A stretch of DNA of 28,635 nucleotides from a virus (IMGVR_UViG_3300033067_000584:1-28635); one strand, 5' to 3'. Numbered from the stretch's first letter, positions 9,338 through 17,994 are shown. Numbers and translations are program-made. Notes: generated by a model from the letters alone, not told the origin.

Positions 9338-10096
9338 TCAACGTGCCCAGCGCGCGCCCTGCGCTTTTCGCGCAGCGACGTATTCCTCCATCGACATCGA
9401 ACTGAGGTCGGTCTTCCCGCTTCGGTTCGCCGCGATGGGCTTTGCTGGTTCCGGTGCCTTGCTGACCGGCTTGGGCGTCTTGGCCGACATCTGCGCTTCG
9501 ATGCGCCCGATGCGACGGCCCAGTGCTGCCGGTGAAAGTCCTTGCAGGTCAGCAGCCAGGTCCGGGTTCTTCCCCAGGTAGTGCAGCAATCCCGCAGGGT
9601 CTTCCGCGTCGAGTACCGCCTCACCGATGGCCGTCGGGCGACCGCGCTGGTCGAAGAGCGGGCCCGCTTCTTCCGCAACGGTCCTCAAGGACTCGCGGAA
9701 CTCGCCGGCAAACCGCGCCTCGCCATCCTTGGCGACGCTGTTGGACTTCTCGGTGACGCGCTCGACGGTCGCGATCTCGCGTGCGAGGGCGACGGGGTCG
9801 ATCTGCTGCTGCTGCTCAGGCTGCCCGCTTGCTCGGGCTTCCAGTGCCGCCAGCCTTTGCGCAAGCTGCTCTTTCTCGGCGCGCTCGCGGTACAGGTCGG
9901 CGGTTCGCTTGTCGATTCGGCGCTGCATCGCGCGGCGTGCCTTGTCGGCGTCGTCCTCGTGGGACTCGGCCTTCGGTTCCGCTTGATCAGGTGCCGCTTC
10001 GGCGTCCGGGGTCACGACTTCCGGGGCGGTTTGCGTGGGCTCAGGAGCGTTTAACGTCTGCTCGGGGTCGACGGTTTCAGGGTTCGTCATGGTCAT
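9338..10096 (-). CDS. scaffolding protein
   Basis: Start at 10096 or 10090 (MTMTNPE). Acidic P/E-rich N-terminus, coiled coil QRRIDK, LLHYLGKNP and C-terminal MSMEEYVAAR; lies between portal and coat. Confidence 0.85.
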   Translation of the reverse strand: MTMTNPETVDPEQTLNAPEPTQTAPEVVTPDAEAAPDQAEPKAESHEDDADKARRAMQRRIDKRTADLYRERAEKEQLAQRLAALEARASGQPEQQQQIDPVALAREIATVERVTEKSNSVAKDGEARFAGEFRESLRTVAEEAGPLFDQRGRPTAIGEAVLDAEDPAGLLHYLGKNPDLAADLQGLSPAALGRRIGRIEAQMSAKTPKPVSKAPEPAKPIAANRSGKTDLSSMSMEEYVAARKAQGARWAR

Positions 10097-10127
10097 GCCG
10101 CTAACCCGGCAAGCGGTTGTTGAGGAA

Positions 10128-12227
10128 TCAGGCGCCAGAAACGCCGAAGGCCCCTTCCGGGGCCTCCTTGTCGTCTTCGGCGAGGTCTTCGCTGACCGCC
10201 ATCGATAGGTCCGGCGGCGGTCGAATCTGCTTGGCAAGCAACTGCACCGCGCCTGCCAATTCGGCGATGTCGTGCTTGACGTCGTTGGTCGTGTCGGCGA
10301 TGTAGCGCTTCGTGTCTTCCTGCAGTTGCGCGATGCGTTCCCGACTGGTCGTCTCGACCTGCTTCAGCGCGATGCCGCTTTGCGCCTCTTGTAGTGCCTG
10401 CTGAAGCTGCTGGATCTCCTGCGCTGCCTGCTGCAGAACCTGCTGGACCTGCGGCGGGATCTGTTGCTGTTCCGGCGGGTTGTCCTGCAACTGAGGCGGA
10501 AGCGTCTTCGCAACCCGGTCGGCGATCTCGTCGGCATCCGGCCAGTCCATCGCGCGGATGATCTTGTCGCCCGCGATCTGCCAGATGTTGGGCCACGACT
10601 GCCCGACCTGCATCATTGCGTCCACAGCCTCTGCACGCTGCGTGGTGTAGCTCGGACCCACTCCGATGGTGACGTCGTACTTCCCAACCGTCAGATCGTG
10701 CAAGACCTGCTTGATGGCGCCGGCTTGGTTTGGCTTGCCCTCGAGGTTCGGCGTGTTGACGGGCACCGACTCCATCTTTTCGTCGGGGCCGAGGATCCGC
10801 AGCATCCGCGGCGTGTCGTACACCTTCGGCAGCATGTCCACGATGCACCGGCCGCACTGACGAATCGTCTTCGCCAGGTTGTCGGAGAAGTGGAAATTCG
10901 CCGTGTCGCCTTCCCGCTGCCGGGCGTTGATCGCGCGGCCAGAGGTTTCGTTGCCTTGAGCCCCGAGCGAGGCGTCGAAGATGCCGGTTGTCGCCTTGAT
11001 GTTGTCGCTGGCGTGCATCGCCATCGCAAGAACACCTGTCGGCACGTCGGCCATCGGCTGACGTTGAGGCGGGGGTGCCAGTTGCCCGTTGACGTCGATC
11101 GGGTCGTACTCGATGAACGAAAAACTGCGCGTGTTTGCTTGGTTCCACGCCTTCTTTGCCGTGTCGAACTGACCCACGGCACCGATGAACGGCGTCTTCG
11201 GACGCAGCGACACCTCTTCCGTCGCGCTGGTCATCCAGAAGTTGTACATGCGCTGCGGATCGCGCGCCCAGCGGACCATGCCATTCCTGCGGATGCGCCC
11301 ATCGACGATGCACTCGTCGCCGTAGACCGGAAAGACCGGAATCCACTTGCACGGAATCTCGGTGCGCTCCAGCACGTCGGCGCCCGTCACCTTGAACCAC
11401 TCCACCGTGCGGACATCGACCTTGCGGCGCTTCTCGATTGCCACGCCATCGGGCAGCGGCTTGGGCAGTTCGTCCTCGTAGCCCTCGTCCCCGGTGTTCA
11501 GCCGGCACAGCGTCCGCGGCGTCAGCTTGATGCGGTAGTACTCGGCCACGCGAACCGAGTCGTCCGACATCCAGATGACTGCGTTGTCACCCGCTCCAAC
11601 GGTCAACGACTCGGCATATCCGGCCTGTGCATCCGGGTACTGCAACTTGAACTCGTCTTTCGGCACCAGTTCCGTGACAAAGCAGTAGGCCATGTCCGAC
11701 CCGTCGGGCTCCTGGGCGAACGGGTCGGTGTAGACCGAAAACGGGTTCTGGATCCGACGGATGCGGATCTCTTGGTCGAACGAGTCGTCGGAGCAATACT
11801 CCGTGCCCAACCTGAAGTAACCGAACCCGCCGATCGTGGCGTGTTGGACCGCCGTGTCGTAGGCTGTGTCGGCGTTCGAGTTGTACTCGATGTACCGCAC
11901 CGCGCCCTGGATAACCTCTGCGGTCTCAGGATCCGCCACCGAATCGACGGGGTGGATCTTGATGCTCGGCCTGTTCTGCCTCTGCTCGTTGATCACCTGA
12001 TGCACAAACGCAGGCAACTTGTTGATCGTCAAACACGGCCGCTGCTCGACCTGACGCAGCCGGCGCATGTCGTCGGGCCACTGTTCCCCCGCCTCGAACC
12101 GGTGATCCTCCATCGCCTCGCGACGGTTCTCGGCGTCGTGCTTGATGCACAGCGCCAACCGGTCGCGCGCTTCCTTCAGGATCGCGTCGTCGTCGGAAGC
12201 TGCCGCGGGCTTCGCGTCGTCAGCCAT
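10128..12227 (-). CDS. portal protein, P22-like
   Basis: 699 aa; GEQWP, RPCLTINKLP, GGFGYFR, DPQRMYNFW, NETSGRAI.ARQ.EG, G.YDV....GPSY.TQR, Q-rich C-terminal barrel. Confidence 0.93.
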   Translation of the reverse strand: MADDAKPAAASDDDAILKEARDRLALCIKHDAENRREAMEDHRFEAGEQWPDDMRRLRQVEQRPCLTINKLPAFVHQVINEQRQNRPSIKIHPVDSVADPETAEVIQGAVRYIEYNSNADTAYDTAVQHATIGGFGYFRLGTEYCSDDSFDQEIRIRRIQNPFSVYTDPFAQEPDGSDMAYCFVTELVPKDEFKLQYPDAQAGYAESLTVGAGDNAVIWMSDDSVRVAEYYRIKLTPRTLCRLNTGDEGYEDELPKPLPDGVAIEKRRKVDVRTVEWFKVTGADVLERTEIPCKWIPVFPVYGDECIVDGRIRRNGMVRWARDPQRMYNFWMTSATEEVSLRPKTPFIGAVGQFDTAKKAWNQANTRSFSFIEYDPIDVNGQLAPPPQRQPMADVPTGVLAMAMHASDNIKATTGIFDASLGAQGNETSGRAINARQREGDTANFHFSDNLAKTIRQCGRCIVDMLPKVYDTPRMLRILGPDEKMESVPVNTPNLEGKPNQAGAIKQVLHDLTVGKYDVTIGVGPSYTTQRAEAVDAMMQVGQSWPNIWQIAGDKIIRAMDWPDADEIADRVAKTLPPQLQDNPPEQQQIPPQVQQVLQQAAQEIQQLQQALQEAQSGIALKQVETTSRERIAQLQEDTKRYIADTTNDVKHDIAELAGAVQLLAKQIRPPPDLSMAVSEDLAEDDKEAPEGAFGVSGA

Positions 12228-12543
12228 GCGGCATCCTCACCATCACGCAAGGCTCGGACTGGATCTCGACGAAGCCCATGCGCGAGTACCAACCCCTCAA
12301 GGCCACAGCATCGACCGGCGAGTCGTCGAACGGCTCGACGACCACCAGCAGCGCCAGATCTTCGGCGTCGGCCTCGCTCATGACGTCGCGCATCATCCGC
12401 GTGGCGTGGCCGTGACCACGCACCGCCTGATCCACCATCAACGAGGACACCTCGCGCACCTTGCCGCGCAAATGCGGCGGCACAGCCTGGCTGTACGTCA
12501 CGCGCAGCGATGCGCCTTCCGACTGCCGGTGTCCGTTGATCAT
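12220..12543 (-). CDS. GNAT-fold acetyltransferase-like protein
   Basis: Start reassigned to ATG 12543 (107 aa). VDQAVRGHGHATRMM matches the acetyl-CoA binding motif and WYSRMGF matches the GNAT C-terminal motif. Confidence 0.65.
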   Translation of the reverse strand: MINGHRQSEGASLRVTYSQAVPPHLRGKVREVSSLMVDQAVRGHGHATRMMRDVMSEADAEDLALLVVVEPFDDSPVDAVALRGWYSRMGFVEIQSEPCVMVRMPHG

Positions 12544-12545
12544 CG

Positions 12546-12796
12546 TCAGGCCTGGATCGGCACCTCTTCCCACTGGAAGCTGAACCACAGGCCGGCAACC
12601 GACGCCTGGCCCGGGGTCACCCACAGCGCATAGGCGCCTGGCACCAGGATTCCAGCAGCGCCGAGATCACGCGGAGTTCGACCAGGATGTTCTGCAGCAG
12701 CAGTTCCGCGGTACCGAGGCCCGGGGCGTTTGCGCCCAGTTCCTGGTTGACCCAACGGCCGCCGCTCAAGTCGGCGCGGTAAAGCTTCATCGGCAT
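12546..12796 (-). pseudogene. frameshifted or deletion-fused gene remnant
   Basis: A protein-like frame from ATG 12796 (MPMKLY...NILVELRVISALLE) switches near 12650 to a second protein-like frame (ILVPGAYALW...FQWEEVPIQA*), whose stop lies 2 nt from the GNAT start. Confidence 0.5.
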
Positions 12797-12831
12797 GGTC
12801 GTGCTTCCGGTTTTGCGCGCCCAGAAACGGC

Positions 12832-12855
12832 AAAAGCCCTCCGAAGAGGGCTCTT
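12832..12855 (-). terminator. tR'-like terminator downstream of the late promoter
   Basis: Minus strand AAGAGCCCTC-TTCG-GAGGGCTTTT. Confidence 0.75.
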
Positions 12856-12931
12856 CAGTCTGAGCTACCGGCGCCGCCGCCTCCACAAAGGGACGGGCCT
12901 GCCTGTGCTGATGCGTCGCGGGTTGGACGCG

Positions 12932-12959
12932 ACTTTACACAAATCGGGGCGCGTGTCAA
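12932..12959 (-). promoter_or_regulatory. pR'-like late promoter
   Basis: TTGACA (12959-12954), 16-nt spacer, TAAAGT (12937-12932); downstream of the Q-like gene and about 95 nt before a terminator. Confidence 0.7.
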
Positions 12960-13153
12960 GCCGCCTGTGATGTTGGGACGTCAGTCCACACGCCACTGTC
13001 GGCATCGAACAACTGGAGCACATAGGCGAACGGCGGCACCGTGGCGACGGCGATCCGTCCGCCCAATGCATCGGGTCGCACCGGCTGAAGGCGCAGCTGC
13101 GGCGTTTGATGCGCCGGCTGCTCCTGCGCTTGAGTCTTTCGCGGTCGCGGCAT
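12956..13153 (-). CDS. hypothetical protein (65 aa)
   Basis: ATG 1 nt after the Q-like stop; its stop codon lies inside the TTGACA box. Confidence 0.5.
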   Translation of the reverse strand: MPRPRKTQAQEQPAHQTPQLRLQPVRPDALGGRIAVATVPPFAYVLQLFDADSGVWTDVPTSQAA

Positions 13154-13154
13154 C

Positions 13155-13523
13155 TCATGCCCTCCTGTTGATCAGCATCGTCCGTCCGTCGATCACCAAC
13201 TCCGCAAGCCCCGCCAGCGTCAAGCCCAAAGTCTTGGCTGCGCGGGTCGGCGCCACAGGGTGGACGTAGTACCACTGCAACCCGTGCCGGTGCGACTCTG
13301 GCAGCCCGCCAATGCCCTTGGCGATGCGCGCGGCGTCCAGACCGTCCACCGGCACCGTCGTGTTGTGCCCTTCGTGGATGTCGGTCGACCTGTACAGCCG
13401 GAAGATCGGCGCGGCGTTGCTGGTCGGCCTGCCGCGGCACCAGCGTGCCCAGTTCCGCAGCCGCGCGTGGATTTGCTCCTGCTGCGCCGGAATCGCCTCG
13501 AAGTCCACGATCATCCCATCCAT
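13155..13523 (-). CDS. Q-like late antiterminator
   Basis: HARLRNWARW N-terminal motif, I..LP...R..LQWYY and a C-terminal HTH-like segment; precedes a promoter-terminator pair. Start may be 13514. Confidence 0.65.
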   Translation of the reverse strand: MDGMIVDFEAIPAQQEQIHARLRNWARWCRGRPTSNAAPIFRLYRSTDIHEGHNTTVPVDGLDAARIAKGIGGLPESHRHGLQWYYVHPVAPTRAAKTLGLTLAGLAELVIDGRTMLINRRA

Positions 13524-14746
13524 CCTCCATCGCCGTACATCGATTCCTCTGCCTGCTCTGGTTCAGCCGCTGGCCGCTTCTTTGCCCTGCGTGCGCCCTC
13601 GCAGGCGTACCGCAGCGCGTCGATCACATGGTTGTCCTTGTCCCGCAGCTTCGGCAGCACCAAGCCCGTCAGCGGGTCGGTCTCGTAGGAATACGCCGTC
13701 AGTTCGTCAGCCGTGTGCCGGCAGCGAGGATGGACGACAATGTCAAACGAGCGCAGGAACTCGATGCCCTCCTCAAGCGACCGAGCCCCTTTGACCGCAG
13801 CTAGCATCTTCGGGAACCCGTGGCGCTGCATGTAGCTGATGGTCTCGGGCCTGGCCGAGTCCGCGATGGTCGGCCAGCGCTCCGCATCAGGCACCGTGCG
13901 GAACAGGTCGGGCAGGAAGTCCACCTCGCAGCCGACGCGATATGCCTCGTGGATGACGTACAGCGTCCTGCCGACGATGGCGCACTGCACCAGTACCGAC
14001 GGATCGACGCTGAAGCCCCAGTCCGCGCCCTGCCGAAGCAGCCATTCCGATTGCGGCTCGAACTCCTCGATCTTCCAGTTCTTGAAAACGCGGGCCTCGC
14101 TGTTCCGGCGGTAGTCGCCCTTCCAGACGTGCGCGTACTTGTCGGGATCGCGCCTGCGGTCGTACTCCAGTTCCTCGCGCAGTTCGACAGGAAGCCACGG
14201 GTTGTCCTCATATGACACTTCGACGACGTGCGCCCTTGGTGGCTTGTTCTCGCCCCGAAGCAGCAGATCAATCGGGTCAGTCGGAAGATCAGGGTTCCAG
14301 GCAAACCACAGTTCCGAATTGGCCGCTCGCAGCGTCGGGCGCAGGATCGTCAGGCTGCGGTCTGTCAGGCTGTGCGCCTCCTCGACATACGCGGCGTGGA
14401 AATCCTCCAGCGACTTGATCGAGTCGGCCGTGTGGTTCTGAAGACCCTCGAAGATGGTCACGCCACCGTGCACGGACTTGATGCGCCTGTCCTGAACCTC
14501 GAAGTAGGCCCCAGCGTTGTGGGCCGCAATCTTCGACTCCAGCAGCTTCTTCACCGAGAACTCAAGCGACCGCTGGATCTCGCGCAGGCACACGCAGTCG
14601 AACCGGTCCTGTACCGACCGGCGCAACCATCTGCCCGCGAAGTAGTGCGACTTCGCCGATCCTCGACCACCGTGCGCGCCGAAGTACCGTCCGGGCTGCT
14701 CCAAAGGCATGAAAGCCTCTGGAACTCGGACTCGCATCTCCGTCAC
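13511..14746 (-). CDS. terL: terminase large subunit, PBSX family
   Basis: Walker A GGRGSAKS, Walker B YVEEA, L.PT.R, WNP, nuclease motifs GADWGF..DP and NHVIDALRY. Confidence 0.95.
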   Translation of the reverse strand: MTEMRVRVPEAFMPLEQPGRYFGAHGGRGSAKSHYFAGRWLRRSVQDRFDCVCLREIQRSLEFSVKKLLESKIAAHNAGAYFEVQDRRIKSVHGGVTIFEGLQNHTADSIKSLEDFHAAYVEEAHSLTDRSLTILRPTLRAANSELWFAWNPDLPTDPIDLLLRGENKPPRAHVVEVSYEDNPWLPVELREELEYDRRRDPDKYAHVWKGDYRRNSEARVFKNWKIEEFEPQSEWLLRQGADWGFSVDPSVLVQCAIVGRTLYVIHEAYRVGCEVDFLPDLFRTVPDAERWPTIADSARPETISYMQRHGFPKMLAAVKGARSLEEGIEFLRSFDIVVHPRCRHTADELTAYSYETDPLTGLVLPKLRDKDNHVIDALRYACEGARRAKKRPAAEPEQAEESMYGDGGWMG

Positions 14747-15045
14747 TTGGCTTTGACCACCTCGACGATGATCTTCTGGAAGACGTGTGCGCCGCCTTCG
14801 CCTGGTCCCTTGACCGTCAGCGGAAGCGTCTTGCCGACCAGCGTCAGAAAGGCGCTGGCGGTCTTCGGGTCGAGTGCCTTCTCCGTCAGGTAAGCGACGC
14901 CGCCCGCGTTGTCCAGGGCTCCGAGGATCATGTCCTTCAGTTCCCGCGTCACCTTGTTGTGCGATCCCTTCGGGCGACCTGGGCCAGCGCCCATTGCGGC
15001 CGCTCCCGTGGGTTTGCGTTTCGTTTTTGTAACGGTGGCGGTCAT
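14743..15045 (-). CDS. terminase small subunit-like protein
   Basis: Start at ATG 15045 (100 aa); GPGRPKGS.NK.T..LK.MI..AL...GG..YL motif; overlaps the terL start. Confidence 0.7.
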   Translation of the reverse strand: MTATVTKTKRKPTGAAAMGAGPGRPKGSHNKVTRELKDMILGALDNAGGVAYLTEKALDPKTASAFLTLVGKTLPLTVKGPGEGGAHVFQKIIVEVVKAK

Positions 15046-15521
15046 GCTGCTACCTCCTGCCTCTGCTGCGTCGCCACGACGGCAACCGCCAGCGCGGCCC
15101 AGGCGTGCGATGTGACTCCGTAGGTCGGGCCTGGGTGCTTCTTGGTGCCTGGTGCGCCGATCCGGTCGATGAGCGCCTGCCGGATGTTCGCGTCCTTGGC
15201 GCGCGCGCTGCCGCACAGGGCCAGCTTGACGGCGCTGCGCTTGATGCGGACGACCTGGTCGGGCTTGTGCCAGGCCTGGACGAAGCGGCCGGTCCAGAGG
15301 ATCGTCTCGACCGACTCGTCACCGATCGGCATGCCGCGGGCCTCGAAACGCTCGACGGCAAGCGTCACCGGCTCGTGCAGCCCTGCCGCGATGTAGCCGC
15401 CGATGTTGCGGATGCGCTCCAGGACGAAGTCGTTGGGTGACACGTCGGATGCGCGGACGCGGCCGGCGTCGAACAGCACCCAGCCGGACTGCGTTGTGCC
15501 TGGGTCGATTGCGAGGATCAC
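15042..15521 (-). CDS. RuvC-like Holliday junction resolvase
   Basis: GTG start at 15521; ILAIDPG catalytic motif, AVE, VK..LCG..RAKD, H.WAALAVA. Confidence 0.75.
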   Translation of the reverse strand: MILAIDPGTTQSGWVLFDAGRVRASDVSPNDFVLERIRNIGGYIAAGLHEPVTLAVERFEARGMPIGDESVETILWTGRFVQAWHKPDQVVRIKRSAVKLALCGSARAKDANIRQALIDRIGAPGTKKHPGPTYGVTSHAWAALAVAVVATQQRQEVAA

Positions 15522-15745
15522 GCCGCACCCCCAGTCCACCTGTAGAGCCGCGGAGCTTTCCCTCCGACATGCTTGCGCGGGCGGGTCTGGGAGTCGTCGA
15601 CCAGCCCCTCCTCGACCAGCGCGTTCAGGATGTGCAGCGACGTGTGCACATCGATTCCGAGCAGCTGGGCGAGTTCGCCGGCCGTGCGCGGGGCCTTGAC
15701 GACCATCAGCGTCACGGCGGCCATCTTGGCGTGGGTGCTGCTCAC
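15518..15745 (-). CDS. winged HTH protein (75 aa)
   Basis: GTG start overlapping the upstream stop; PRTAGELAQLLG...L.ALVEEGLV...RLYRW. Confidence 0.65.
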   Translation of the reverse strand: MSSTHAKMAAVTLMVVKAPRTAGELAQLLGIDVHTSLHILNALVEEGLVDDSQTRPRKHVGGKAPRLYRWTGGAA

Positions 15746-16038
15746 CGCTCGCACTCCGCTGCGTCGATCGCCTGCCGCTCTGCGGCGCGATGCTCGTCGT
15801 CCAGGCGCTGCAGGGTGCGAGCCCAAAAGCGGACGGCCTGGTGGGATTCCTCGCGGCTGGCGGCCGGGAAGGTCGACGACAGCGCGGCGCGGTAGGCGGC
15901 GGTGAAGGTGCCTGCGGCCTCGGCTGCGGCGTAGGTGGGCGACTGGGCCAGCATGCGCGCCTGGCAGCCGGCGCAACTCGAGCGGTATCCGCCGTGGCGG
16001 CGGACGGACTCGGCGGTGGTGCAGTCTGGGCAGGTCAT
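15742..16038 (-). CDS. hypothetical protein with CxxC...CxxC (98 aa)
   Basis: ATG 16038 gives MTCPDC...CAGCQAR; stop overlaps the next start. Confidence 0.6.
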   Translation of the reverse strand: MTCPDCTTAESVRRHGGYRSSCAGCQARMLAQSPTYAAAEAAGTFTAAYRAALSSTFPAASREESHQAVRFWARTLQRLDDEHRAAERQAIDAAECER

Positions 16039-16109
16039 GCTTGCCCCTGCTCCGCTGCCGGCTCCGGACTCGGACGCCCGCGCCCCGAAGGGGCAAGCGC
16101 GGGTGTCAG

Positions 16110-16273
16110 TGTCCGGCTTGTCCGGGCTTGAATGTCCGCCGTCCGGTTTTCTTGTCCGGCCGGACAAACCGGACATCCCTCCGTAAGGAGGGCGTGCGCG
16201 CGCGAGGATGTCCGGGTGTCAGAATGTCCGGCTTGCTTGTCCGAGTGTCCGGTTTTCATGTTTCTATGTCCGG
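16110..16273. repeat. iteron-like TGTCCG(G) cluster, probable replication origin
   Basis: Ten forward copies (16110, 16119, 16133, 16140 variant, 16153, 16209, 16225, 16238, 16246, 16267) and two reverse copies (16160, 16169), around hairpin CCCTCC-GTAA-GGAGGG (16177-16192), immediately 3' of the helicase gene. Confidence 0.75.
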
Positions 16274-16274
16274 G

Positions 16275-17822
16275 TCAGATTTGGCGGAAGATCTGCACGC
16301 GGCCGTTCACGACGCCCAGGACGCCGGACTTCTTGGCCCATTCGAACGCTCGCCTGTAGGCCTTTGACTTGCTGTCGCTGTTGCCCAAGTCGCAGGCCTC
16401 GTAGAACGCGGCGCGCAGTTCCTTCTCGGTCATGCCGTCCTTGGCGAGATCGACCAGCGTGGCGGCGTAGCCCTTGCGACCGCGGCTGATCTGCTCGGCC
16501 ACGATCTCGCGCATCTCCTCGGGGTCGCAGACGTGATGCGCCACCAACGACCCGACCGTGTCGCCGTCCTCGTCGGCGCCCAGTTCGACATGCAGAAGGT
16601 TGAAACTCAGGTCGGCGAAAGGCTCGCTGTCTTTCTGCTTCGCACAGGTCAGCGTCGCCAGCATCTCTGTCTCGTCGCGGAAGACGCCAAACATCCAGTC
16701 GAGGTTGGCGCGCATCGCGCTGCTGCCGCGGGGGCGCTCAGTGGCCAGGTGGCCGCTGTGGTGCAGCAGCATCACAGCGCACTGCCACAGGCTGCGGAAC
16801 CGGGCGCCCAGTTCGCGCAGATACGCTGCGACCTCGTTGGCGCTGTTCTCCTCGCCGGCATAGGTCTGCGACAGCGTATCGACGACGACCATCGCCGGTT
16901 GCACACCAAGGGCCTGGACGGCCTCTACGACGCGCCAGGCGTCGGCCTGCAGGTCCAGGGCCACCGGGACGACGTAGAACGGCGTGGAGCGCCAGTCCTT
17001 GATCCTGTGCTGCCGATGCCACGCCAGGATGCGCTTGTAGAGCCCGCTGCCGCCCTCGGCGGCGATGTAGACGACCGGACCCTGCCGCGTTTTCTTGCGC
17101 AGCCAGGGCATGCCGTGCGCGATGTGCAGGCCGGCGTCGAGGGCAATGAACGACTTGAATGTGCCGCTGCCGCCGAACAGCATGCCGATCGACTCGGCCG
17201 GCAGGATGCCCTTGACAAGCCATGACACGGCCGCCGCGGTCGAACGCAGGGCCTCGAGGTCCAGCAGCGGCACGCGGTTGGCGCCCGGCAGGCGGCGCGA
17301 TTCGATCTGCTTCAGTTCGAGCTTGGCCTGGTCGATCAGGTCGCCGGGCGACTCGTTGCCGAAGGCCCGCGTCGAGATCGACTCGCTGGCGGCGATCAGG
17401 CGGCGCAGCAATGCGCGTTCGCGCACGATCTCGGCGTAGCGCAGCACGCTCGCCGAAGAAGGCACGCACAGCGACAGACCGTTCAGGTACTTGATGCCGC
17501 CGCATTCGTCGGCCTGGTCCTGCGTGCGCAGGCGCTCGAAAACGGTGATGATGTCGGCGAGTTCGCCGGCCTGCACCAGGTCGCAGATCGCGGCGAAGAT
17601 CAGCCGGTGGTCGTGCGAGTAGAAGTCGGCGACTTCCAGGTGCTCGCGGGCCTGCGCCACCGCGGCGTTGTCCAGCAGGAGCGCTCCCAGCACCGATTGC
17701 TCGGCCTCGAGCGAGTGCGGCGGCTTGCGCAGCGTCTCGCGGTATTCCGGCGGCATTGCGCCATCCGAGTCGGTCACCGGATCGTGTCCTTTGCTGCGGC
17801 GTTGGAAGGCCAGAAGCGCCAT
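16275..17822 (-). CDS. replicative helicase: DnaB N-terminal domain fused to a RepA/AAA_25-type SF4 ATPase
   Basis: PPHSLEAEQSVLGALLLDN...DFY...HRLIF (DnaB-N); WLVKGILP, G.SGTFKSF, YIAAEG, VVDTL, ENSA, HHSG, RGSSA (RepA-type). Confidence 0.85.
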   Translation of the reverse strand: MALLAFQRRSKGHDPVTDSDGAMPPEYRETLRKPPHSLEAEQSVLGALLLDNAAVAQAREHLEVADFYSHDHRLIFAAICDLVQAGELADIITVFERLRTQDQADECGGIKYLNGLSLCVPSSASVLRYAEIVRERALLRRLIAASESISTRAFGNESPGDLIDQAKLELKQIESRRLPGANRVPLLDLEALRSTAAAVSWLVKGILPAESIGMLFGGSGTFKSFIALDAGLHIAHGMPWLRKKTRQGPVVYIAAEGGSGLYKRILAWHRQHRIKDWRSTPFYVVPVALDLQADAWRVVEAVQALGVQPAMVVVDTLSQTYAGEENSANEVAAYLRELGARFRSLWQCAVMLLHHSGHLATERPRGSSAMRANLDWMFGVFRDETEMLATLTCAKQKDSEPFADLSFNLLHVELGADEDGDTVGSLVAHHVCDPEEMREIVAEQISRGRKGYAATLVDLAKDGMTEKELRAAFYEACDLGNSDSKSKAYRRAFEWAKKSGVLGVVNGRVQIFRQI

Positions 17823-17826
17823 GTGG

Positions 17827-17994
17827 CTAGAGCCCCAGTTCCTTCATCAGCCGGCGCACCTCGGCCTCAAACTGCTCGGCCGTGGCGCCCGGGTTGCGCT
17901 GCGCCCATTGGCGCTTGCGCTGCTCGTAGTCCAGCCACTTGCGCCGGTAGTCCTCGACGGACTGGGCGTGGCGGTCGGCGGTTGCGGCTTTCAT
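17827..17994 (-). CDS. small conserved-looking phage protein (55 aa)
   Basis: Below the ORF-track cutoff; MKAATADRHAQSVEDYRRKWLDYEQRKRQWAQRNPGATAEQFEAEVRRLMKELGL; ATGA overlap with the upstream gene and fills the gap to the helicase. Confidence 0.6.
   Translation of the reverse strand: MKAATADRHAQSVEDYRRKWLDYEQRKRQWAQRNPGATAEQFEAEVRRLMKELGL

Noticed and set aside
16035-16259. 74-aa minus-strand ORF over the iteron cluster
   Set aside because: Its sequence is dictated by the repeats; it could serve translational coupling but cannot be supported as a protein.
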